Positions 1 through 10,700 of a stretch of 64,000 bases of DNA are shown one piece after another. Position numbers and translations under genes: made by a program. The stretch's first letter is position 1, and the number at the start of each line of letters is the position of its first letter. Under the pieces are notes generated by a model, which was given only the letters and a program-made list of their open reading frames with translations, did no database searches and was not told the origin of the DNA. Source of the stretch: Bugula neritina (taxonomy: Eukaryota; Animalia; Bryozoa); the NCBI GenBank assembly GCA_964035545.1, contig OZ037772.1:11964818-12028817 (forward strand). The letters run 5' to 3'.

Positions 1-410
1 CTTTACTATTCTCAACTAACACATCTCACACATAACTATCCCACAAGATTTTCTGAGTTCAGCCTACAAACTCCTCCATCATCAACTGCTGCAGGTCAAC
101 GAAGAGTGGAATTCCAATGTTCGTCGCTATGGAATAAATTGCCTAGTTCTATTCGTGCTGTGGGGAGGGAGGCTGGTTTCAAACTTGCCCTGAGAGGCCA
201 CCTAATGGCAAATTTCCAAATAAAAAAAATAAAACTCTTTGAGTTGCTGAAACTTCCAAAAACCTAAACAAAAATCTTATATAACTGTCAACCATTCATG
301 GCTCGGTGCCTCGACTAGCTACAGTGCTATTGCGCCATAGGCCTTGTCATTTTGTTTATTTTTTCTCAATTAATTTTTTCCCGACTACGACAAAATAAAA
401 CACACAAACA
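1..410 (+). mobile_element. 3' end of a non-LTR retrotransposon (CR1/L2-like): ORF2 C-terminus plus 3' UTR
   Basis: Frame 1 is open from 1 to 267: ...THNYPTRFSEFSLQTPPSSTAAGQRRVEFQCSSLWNKLPSSIRAVGREAGFKLALRGHL... This matches the HxYxTR...LWNxLP...FK pattern at the C-terminus of CR1/L2-clade ORF2. A short UTR ending in AATAAA and an AC-rich tail follows near 393-410. Confidence 0.75.
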
Positions 411-2455
411 TGATTGCGCCGCCTAAGCGACATTAGCTTAATGTTGTCAATATTGCTAATTTCAGAATTCTAATGAATTTTAAACAATGATTTGCTATTA
501 AATAATAATGCAACTTAAAATATGTTATTTTGCAACAGATAATACAAGTGTTTATTTGAATCATTTGCTATTTTTAAATACAAATTAAAGCTTAATGCAG
601 GTATTTAAGGTGTTACCCAAACCTGTAATTATACAACTCATCAGCAGTAATTTAAAGCTGACAAATTTCACCGAAGGGCTATACTCTACAAATTCCAGAG
701 CTAGATGTACATTATATGACTCATTTGACAGGTGCTGATAGAAGACAACTCTAATTATAGTAACTATATAGGGAGGGGGCTTCCAATATTTTAACATAAT
801 ATGAAATAAAGCTTTAACGATGTAAACGTTCAGCAACCAAACAAAATAGATTGAATCTGTAGGCTTGTGAATCCTGTAACATATGGTGAAGCAGTATTTT
901 CTTGCTATGTTGGTTTACAAATAAATTCATGAATGGTTTAACAAAGAATCCTGTTGAAAGATCAATTGAAACAAATAATAATTTTAATGTATAATAAGTA
1001 ACCCTCATATAAAACAGCGAAGCACCCAATCAAGTGAAGTATAATAGCAGAGAACCTAGGTGGAGTTAGAATAGCTAGTACTTGCAGGTGTGTTGAATAC
1101 AGTTTGGTTTTACATTATAATCCATCAACTATTCAAATTTAGATGCACATATAACACAAAAATTATATCGCTATACAATGGACATACTTATTTTAGGGAA
1201 GCATCTTAATATGTAAATCGCTTTAGCTTATGTATAATAAGGCTGTATTATGAGCTGGTTACTTTGTTTAGCATACTACAACATTGCAAGAGTTGTCTGA
1301 TCTAAGCAAATGATTTCCTTTAGAAAACTACAGGGACAATAACTGGCTACAGTGAGTGTACTTTTTCCTATCTAAAGTAGACTATTATAACAGTGTGACA
1401 TCTGTCTGCTGCATGCAATCAACCTACCTGCCAGTACCTGTCAGTAACTGTCAGATACCCTGCAGCTTTTCAGTCATACGCATCGTTTTCTTATCACTTT
1501 TATAAGCCTTTATTTTCTTGCACAATTTTATTCTAACACTTCTCTTTACAGCTGCAAAATTTTGTAAGTATAAATGAAGTTTACACAAAGAAAGTTTGGT
1601 ATATTATCAGTATTGACTAGTCATATGCCTCCATTTGTTAAAAGTAACAAAGTTTTAGCAGATTAATTGTAAAACTTATATTTTTTAAAACAAGAACATT
1701 AATTTCACTCAGTATATGATTATTATAGCTTCTGATCAAAATTGTATTATATAATATAAACTTCTTTCATTATATAATTATAGTGTATATATATATACAT
1801 AAAATATTCAAGTGTGTCTGAATAATACTGTATGGAAGAGCTAGAAACTAGGCCAATTTGCATGCATTATAGTATCAACATAAAGTATATTTTGAACTAA
1901 CAATTTGCTTCATATATAACAAGTTTAAGCAACATTGATACCATACTTTCAGATAGTTCAGATATTCAAACAGAGCATTGCATCTCAAGACTGAGTTTTA
2001 ATAAGGATCTTTTTTGTACATTAAAGTAAATTAATCTAATCTGCAAATTATTGTTTAATTTATAACAATTATTGCATACAATTTCAAAATCAATTGGTGA
2101 CATTGCTTTCTGATAATGACCAAGAAATCATTATGATTATGTTAGATAATTAAATTACTTTGTTTGAGCTGAAAACACAACTAATTACTTGAAATACTTT
2201 TGATATTACAAGCTAAGCATTGGTCGTATACACTTTCCATAACTATTCTATTGAAATGTATCATCATTTAAGTAGACTTGGAGATACATTAAGGTGCTCA
2301 GGTAACAAACTATTTTAACTTTAGTTTACACTATTTCTGGATAAAGTTTTGTTTTTCTTCGAATTATTTATAAACATCTGTCATTTAGAACTTCTGCATC
2401 TTATAAGGTATATATGCTAGTCCAAGTTCCATGTAATTTTTTTTATTCTAGAGTG

Positions 2456-3109
2456 ATGGCATCAAATCAATTAAGTGAAACAGGAGAAATACTCAGACGT
2501 GCTAAGGCTATAGATCATGTACTAGTGGTGACCACGTTTGTTATACGGAATTATAGCAACAGAATCCTAACCGATGGTTTAGTCATACCGGAAAGCGGGC
2601 GAGTGGCTGATCATCCCCCCAGTGTGATAGCTGCGGGAGCCACAGGCTACATGATTGCACACAAGACAAAATCATCATTGTTTGGATCTGCAGGAATTCT
2701 TTGTTACAACATTTCAGAAGAAAAAATCATGGCCATTAGATGGGAAGTAAGATATCCATCTCATTACAACACCCTCGTTGTTGGCATACTCCGCATAGGG
2801 TCTCGACCCAACCCGAATAACTCAAAACAAAAATACAAGTTGTTTCGTGAAATGAATATCAAGTTTTCAAACTCTACGTTTGTTGCAAAGGAGTATAACT
2901 ACAGTTGAGAGGCTATATACTACAGCGGAAATGGTGTTGTGGTGGAGGCCTCCATGGGTATGACACGTCGGCCTCTCATTGAGATTGCAGTCTACCCGAG
3001 ACAAGTTGAGGATCTTGCCGATAACTGGAAATCTAAAATCAGCAGAGCCCAAATCAAACGCAACAATTTAAAAGCTGGCGAGCCAGCAAAAGACGATGAT
3101 GAAGTATAA
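2456..3109 (+). CDS. Actinoporin/cytolysin-like protein (217 codons) with one in-frame TGA at 2906-2908; either a pseudogene or recoded
   Basis: Splice acceptor ttttattctag ends at 2451 and the ATG is at 2456. Actinoporin-like motifs: IRNYSNRIL, SGRVADHPPSVI, HKTKSSLFGSAGILCY, MAIRW...YNTLVVGI. After the TGA the same frame continues EAIYYSGNGVVVEASMGMTRRPLIEIAVYPRQVEDLADNWK...DDDEV* (TAA 3107-3109), resembling the last beta-strands of invertebrate actinoporin-like proteins. Confidence 0.7.
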
Positions 3110-3174
3110 ATTGAATCTTTTGAGTCTAAAAAGATATATAATATTACGAGGGTACAATAGTACTCGTAATATTG

Positions 3175-3640
3175 TTGAGTTTTTCATTTGTTGGTAAATC
3201 TTTATTATAGATTACAACAACTATAGGATGTGTTGTTTATTATTTCAGTGCTAGGGTGGGGCTACATGAGGACCAAAACGCAGAAGCAAAGATTACATAT
3301 GATGCTCGTTAAATAGTGATCATGCAGTTATAATTAGATTATTTCTGCATACAAGCTGGCCGTTCATCATTTTGTGGGCTAAAATCCACATAAAATTCAT
3401 GACTAAGTTGAATTTTTTGACTATAGAAATCGAGTTTCTTATATAATATTACTTTTGTCGAGTTTTTCATTTGTTGGTAAACTTTTATTATAGATTATAA
3501 CAATTATAAAATATGGGGTTTATTATTTCAGTGCTTATAGGGTGAGACCACACGTGGACCAAAATGCAGAAGCAAAAATCATACCATTTTCCCTAAATAG
3601 TAATCAGTTAATTAGATCATTTCTGCATAAACTGGCCTTG
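3175..3640. repeat. Imperfect direct duplication of about 180 bp (approx. 3177-3361 and 3460-3637)
   Basis: Both copies read GAGTTTTTCATTTGTTGGTAAA...TTATTATTTCAGTGCT...GGACCAAAA(C/T)GCAGAAGCAAA...TTTCTGCATA. Confidence 0.85.
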
Positions 3641-5630
3641 GCTCTGCATGTTATATTGAAGTATCCTTATACAGGCTATTATATATAGAATTACCACCTT
3701 GCTCACCAATTAGTTTTATAATAATAATAATTTTTCTAAATTATATTTTTCAACACTTTATATGCACCTAGTTGTCAAACTGATTAGTTACTTAAATAAT
3801 TATAATTTGCTATGTAAACGAATGCCTAATCTTACAAGACAATTATAGTGTTGATTAATTTCATACATATGTTATCACATGTGTATGAATTATATATAAA
3901 AATATTCATTTTGCATGCAAAAGTATAACTTTTTATATAAAATTTACATTATGTTTATTGCTATAGTAATAATGCACACTTTAGTTTACAATAGTAATAT
4001 ATTTTTCTAAAGAGCTTCTAAACAACTATAGCATGCGCTTCTTCTGAATAATATCTACTTTGTACTCATGCAAATTAGTTAAATTAACCTTCAATCATTT
4101 AAAATAAATGCTGATTTTACACAAAATAAGAAATGAATTGTACTTGGAAAAAACAGCCTAAAGTCATTTCATTAGCTAAGCCTTATGTGTTCTCACATGA
4201 TTGATTTATGGATGTTGCCTGTGTGTCTTATTTGTTGATTATATCTTATAGAACGTGGCTATAAACCAATTAATAACTTCTCAATAAATTCAAAATGATG
4301 CTAGAAACTTCAAATTTTAGGAATGATGCAGCCAATAAGATTTACTGGTTATATAGTGCTGACATAGTATGGCCAATAAGGCCAAGGACTATACCAGTGA
4401 TGCCAGGAAGCCCTCAAACATGTTGGCAGCATAGTAAGACCGTCTGGGGTTCTCACGGGAGGAATATATATTTATATACTTAAAACATACATAAATTCAG
4501 TGTTGTGATGTGTTATTCAGTGATTGCTAATTATGAAACATACTGCCAAGTCTGTAAGTATGCAATCAAATTTAGCAAGAATGCCTTTAAGATTCCTCAG
4601 TTACTCTATTATTCCACACCACTATAGGTGCCACTCAGAGCATCATGTAGTTTGCTGAAAACTATATTCAGGTTGAGATTTGGAGTGCCACCGCAACAAC
4701 CACAATAAATCTATAATATACATAATTATAATAAGTAACTTTTTTGCATAGCCACATGCAGTTTTATCTGCACTATATCTAGGGGTGAGTAGGCGACATC
4801 CAGACAGCGTATTGTATATTACTCAAGTTGACCTTCGACCTCTATTGTTTGCTCTTCAAAATAATATTGATATATTCTTTCACTCAGCTTGTATGACTTT
4901 ATAATGTGGAGTTTATATTCAATCACCATACCACAGTGACAGCTTGTTTATCTTGGAGGTTATAAACATAAAGTTTCTTATTCAATTAATGAGGTTTCTC
5001 ATCTTTCTCCACCATTTCCTGATCGGGTGGCAGTACCCAGGTTACAAGGTGAATTCTTTAAAACACTGAAAGCTTTTATTAAACTTTAAACCTGCCTTTA
5101 CTTTTAATTAGTATTTTATACAACAGCTATATAGGGTGTACCCTCTGCCTCAAATTAAGGGTTAAATAGGAAAAAACGCATGCAGCTGGCCTCAACACAA
5201 ATCCTATAGCTACCATTTGTAATGATAAGCATAATAATTATATGCAATATGAGGTACATAGAGTTATATATTAAAGCTCGTCTAGTAATGCTATAGTATA
5301 GTTTTGATACATCTGAGTGGATGTTACGGCTGCATCAAATACCAGGCCACTATTATAGCTTTACTCATCATCATTTTACATCAAGTTTCTTATTTAATTA
5401 TACTGTGGTGTGTCTGATTAAAAATGTTGCAATGATGTGAAAAGCAGAATTAAAAAACTCAACTCTATAGTTTATTAATATATGACCTATAACATTGCTA
5501 AAGATTTTTGTCATTGTAGACTATATAAAATGTAACTAGCTTGAAATCATGTTGAAAGTTTGTAATTTCATTATAATCATGTTTACATGCTTCAATAGCC
5601 ATTATGATTTGGAAGCTTGATATTAACAAT

Positions 5631-5882
5631 TGTGACCCAGGCAGTCAGAAAAGCACTTTGTGACAAAATTCACATTTTCAGTTAATGCTTGATTCTTAAT
5701 TGCCTATTTATACTGATTGATTTGCAGTTTAAATTTTTGAAATCGGACTACTATTATAATAGTGGTCCGATTTCAAAAATTTAAAATGCAAATCAATCAG
5801 TATAAAGAGGCAAATAAGAATCAAGCATTAACTAAAAATGTGAATTTTGTCACAAAGTGCTTTTCTGACTGCCTGGGTCACA
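5631..5882. mobile_element. Palindromic foldback/MITE-like element, about 252 bp
   Basis: TGTGACCCAGGCAGTCAGAAAAGCAC... is reverse-complemented at ...GTGCTTTTCTGACTGCCTGGGTCACA, with a few mismatches and almost no spacer (centre CTATTATAATAG). AT flanks both ends. Confidence 0.8.
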
Positions 5883-6199
5883 ATTACAAAAATCGTCACT
5901 GCGGATGCTTTTCTGTCTTGGGCCTGATATAAATCGCAATGCGGTTATAGTGGACAACTCCATACTTTTAGAAAAAAAAATGTGATTAAATAGACTGTGC
6001 TCGAACAATAAGTGCACTGTAATATTGTAGGGTTAGCTGTTGACTGTGATATTTTGCGGATCATGTGCCAAAGTGATGATTATTTACAATGTCAAATAAG
6101 TTGGTTCAAATGGTAATCACTGTTAAGGCATGTTAGACGTCAATGGTTTGTTTTTAATTAATATTACTATTTTAGTTTATGCTATTATTTATCTACTCC

Positions 6200-7150
6200 A
6201 ACTACTAGTACTAGTACTTTTAGTAATAGTATCATTATGAGGATATTTGTATATATTGTCTATAAACATAATTATTGTTATTAGTATTACACCTGTAGTA
6301 AATACAAAAGTATGCCCACTTAGCATTGTTACTTAGCATTGCAATTGTCCTTATCGTTGTAGTAGTACTACTACGCCTACTACTACTTAACTAGTGCTAG
6401 TAGAAGTAGACCTAGTAGTAGTACTAGTAGTAGTACTAGTTGTAGTAATTAGTATCACTTTCAGTATTATTATTAGTATCAGTATGAGTATCTAGTAGTA
6501 CTACTGTACTAGTAGTTCTACTTCTAGTTCTCTTGGTACTGCCAATATGAATATGAGTATCACTATCAGTGACTATGAGTATGAGTATGACTATGTTCTA
6601 TCACTCTATAGTCTATGGGTATCAGGATTAGTATGAGTATAAGTATCAGTATGACTATGGGTATCAGTATGTCATTGTGCTATATATTTTTCAAGGTTTC
6701 AATTTCTTACTTTTGGTAATAGTAAAACAATAACATCAACTATAGTCTATAAGTATAAGTATTACTAAATATGATACTAATATTCATACTAATAGAGTAA
6801 TGTTAATATTAAATTTAATATTAATAAATTATTATTCTATTGCTTTTAGTATTAGTATTAGACTTAGCAAAATACTAATAGTAATAGTAATTCTAAATGT
6901 AAAAGTATAACTATAAACGTATAAGTTATTATAAGTACAACTATAACTACATTAATATTTATGTTATAATAAAAATTATAATTAATGTTTTAAGTTTAAA
7001 CTCGAAAATAATTATTTTATATTTATTATAATAATAATAGTTATCACTATCATCATGATTATGAATGTGAGTGACTTAATTTCTATTTTATAGCAATACT
7101 AATAATTATTTTTATCACCATTATCAATGGCAATATCATTATCATTATGT
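6200..7150. repeat. Low-complexity (TAG/ACT)n, (AGTATG)n and AT-rich degenerate microsatellite tract
   Basis: Runs of agtagt/actact, then agtatgagtatg, then tattattaat-type sequence. Confidence 0.8.
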
Positions 7151-7747
7151 CATTAACTTCAATTATCAATATAACTTACAATACCTTTGAAGATATAGAA
7201 CATTTGGGGACACTCAATGTTATAGACCTAGATGTGCCTCATTTCTTTTACAGTCACAGTGTGGGCTACAGGTTATGTGGTAATTGTGTTATTTTTTTCT
7301 TGTGTCTATGCTCCATCTGGTGGCTCTAATGATTCTTGGTAAAAAAAATACATATTTGATTTGAAATTGTTATAAAATTAAATATATTTATATTAGTTTT
7401 ATTTATTTTTTCACTTTTGCTTTTGCTATGGATACTAGCATAATATGTAAGCCTAATCATGTAATCACGGTCATAATTAGGATGTTATTCACTTTTACTT
7501 ATAGTTTTTTGGGGTGCATCCAATTTGAAAGTAGTCAAGTTTGGAAACCTCGTAGTTTAACAAATATATAGTCTAGTGTATTAGTGTTGGAGCCATAGTT
7601 TTAATATATCCTATCCCATTAGACTTGAGTTTATGAATTCACAATAACTTAAATATTAAATACTTATCGACCCAAAGCAATAACTTTTTCTGTTTTACAG
7701 GTTGAATTATCTAGTACAAGCAGTTCTCTGGAAAGTCTAACCCAGAA

Positions 7748-10700
7748 ATGGGACGAAAAAAGCATGAACTGTCGAACAAAGCTAAGCATCAAATCTGGGT
7801 GGTAAGTGAAATCTTTAGAAGTTATTTGTGATGACTGTTTGTGGTATGTCACATGTTGATTATCTATTTATATTGTGTATAAGTAGGTAACTATCTCTCT
7901 TTGCTAGCAAGGGGACGGGAATTCAGTGCAGATACTAAACTCTGTATGTATTTGAAGCAATTGGCTAGGTCATTTGTCGATATCTTGCTAAATCATTTTA
8001 AATTAAACCTGAAAATGCTAACAACAAACTCAAATAACAAAACTGTTGTTGAAATTATGTTGCCTGTGTTCTAAACACCAACTCTAGGCCCCAGTCTATG
8101 TCTCACTCTCCATTCTAGGCAAACGAGAAACCAGATCCTACGTACGACTTATCTGATTGTGAGGTCGTAGAACTTCCTGAAGGCGTGTTCTCCAGCTGTA
8201 AAGTGCTACAGAAAGAGGTGCTGTAGACTCTATCTGGTCATCTTTTGAGATAGCAGTTCTTGTTTGTATGTTTCCTGATTTTCATTGACCTCCACACATT
8301 GAACCTACAGTGTAGAATTTCTCTGGAGTCAGGCATTCGTGGTTTTGTTGTAAAATTTAAATTTTGAAGAAACAAACTTATTAAGAGTTGTTTGAATTTA
8401 ACTTACCTGGTGAGAAGGTGTGCAACCAAAACTTTTACATGTTTGGAGCGATAAATCCTAATTTTAATAGAATATCTTTGATTTTCACTTCACAATGTAA
8501 AAACTAGCAGTCGAATTGTACTGATAGAATGCATATATTCTCTAAGTAGCCCTAGGACCTAAGTTAGTAAAGTAATATCTCATCATATAGTTATATGCTA
8601 ATGAAAGGTGTATTCCAGGCACTCATACTACACACCAATCTACTCACATCTCTCACCGACAACGGTAATAAGTTGGAGAATCTCTCTCACCTCATTGTCC
8701 TTGACATTCACGCCAATAGTCTGAGTAAACTTCCTTCTACCATAAGCCACCTGGTGAACCTGCAGGTGAGTGCACAATTTACCTGCTGGTGTAATCTTCT
8801 AGGCTAAGAACTCAGTGCTGTTACCCGGCTCTGTTTCACAGTTATTATAGAAAGTTCACTGGAAGGTTCTGCCAGCTTACAGTAAATTACTCAGTTTCCT
8901 TAAGAGAATATGGTCTGTGCAAATTATTTAGCCAATCAGGTTTCAGCTTTTTTCTGCCAAAGCATCAACATTCTCACTAAATATTTGTTAGGTTTCATAT
9001 TATTTAGTTACTTGGACGAATACCTTTTGCTGTATTGAAGCATGTTGACTGTTTGCAGGAGTATGTTAAGTTGATATTCAATCTTTGCTGTTTGTTTCAG
9101 GTACTAAACATATCTCGCAATGCTTTGTCATCACTTCCCCCGGAGATAAGGAAGTTGAAGAAGTTGCAGTCGTTCAATGTGTCTGGTAATGGAATTATCT
9201 TCTCTATATGTTATCAGTGTTGCAGTTGTCCCCCCTGATGCCCTGCTCTGTTTCTGCACTAACTTAGCTTGTTCTGGCTGCCGTTCTTGGAAATTGCTGC
9301 TAATAGTTTTATTCAGAATTTTGCTTACCCTTAGATGAAAACGTTGTCGAACCGTAGGTGAAATACGCATTATAAATGGCATTGATATGGCTCACTCATT
9401 AGCTCCCCAATAGAAGTCCACAGTTTAAAAAGGCCTTCTACATGTCACCACCGAAAACAGTGCTAATACCAGTAGTAATAGCATAAAAGTAATGTTGACA
9501 TATGTTTATTTGCATAGCCTGTGTTTCTGTTGAAAATAGTTTTGAAGTTCGAAGCAGCTTCAAGTCCCTTCTATCTATATTTTAGATAACAAGCTAAGTA
9601 AGTTACCCAATGAGATCGGGGAGTTGTCTTCTTTACGCACACTAAACATGTCAGGGAATAAGATACAGAAACTACCTTTCAGCTTGTGTCACTGCACTGC
9701 TCTTGACTCACTGACACTCGACGCACAGAGTATGAAGTACCCCGACAGGTCCATCTGCTCTAGTGGGGTGGATACAGTTATGAAATTCCTCTGCAGGGGT
9801 AATTTTGTTATTTTAATTATTTATATTGCTATGTAGTCTGCAATGGAAATGAGGATTTTTGTGGACCTTAATTGTTTTCTACTTGTATCAAAGGAGAAGC
9901 ATTGCCTTATCAAGTCATGTAGCAGGATGAGTCATCATATGATATAAATACAGGAAATTTTTGTTAAGCAGTTTGGAGTTGTGTTCTCCAACAAATTATC
10001 CAAAACGCAATCAGCATAAGGTGCATTTATAAACATTTTGAAAAGAGTGCTTATTAAATAGATTAAAACAAACATATTTCATTTTTTTAAATTTCGCTCG
10101 TTTCCCTGAGCTGGAAGCTATCCAGCTCAGGGAAACGAGCGAAATTTAAAAAAATGAAATATGTTTGTTTTAATCTATTTAATAAGCACTCTTTTCAAAA
10201 TGTTTATAAATGCACCTTATGCTGATTGCGTTTTGGATAATTTGTTGGAGAACACAACTCCAAACTGCTTAACAAAAATTTCCTGTATTTATATCATATG
10301 ATGACTCATCCTGCTACATGACTCATTTCAGAGGCTGGGATAGAATACGTGGCCCCCAGTACAGTTGTCCTCCCTCTGCTACCCTCAACCCCCTCTGCCT
10401 CTTCGGCCCCTAACCCAGCCATTGCTCACCTTCATCCTGATAACATCCAGGTTAGTCTAGTTTAGACATCAATGAGCTGACACATCAGGCTACCACGACT
10501 CTGCTGCAGATATCACTTATAGCATGTGGTTTATCTCTGAACTTTGACTTTTCATATTCTTTTTGTTTTAAAGATTGACAACTTCTACAACTACATGTAC
10601 ATTTCATCAATTATGGGTTTTGGATGTGCAAAGCTATTAGTGTTACGAATTTGAAACTTACAATTTAAATATAATTTAGTAGGTGACTCTAATTAAGGGT

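Noticed and set aside
3091-3127. SECIS-like arrangement AGAC-G-ATGA…AAA…TGA-GTCT at the end of the actinoporin-like ORF
   Set aside because: Only 8 nt separate ATGA from AAA, the upper helix is weak, and it overlaps the stop codon; not a canonical SECIS.
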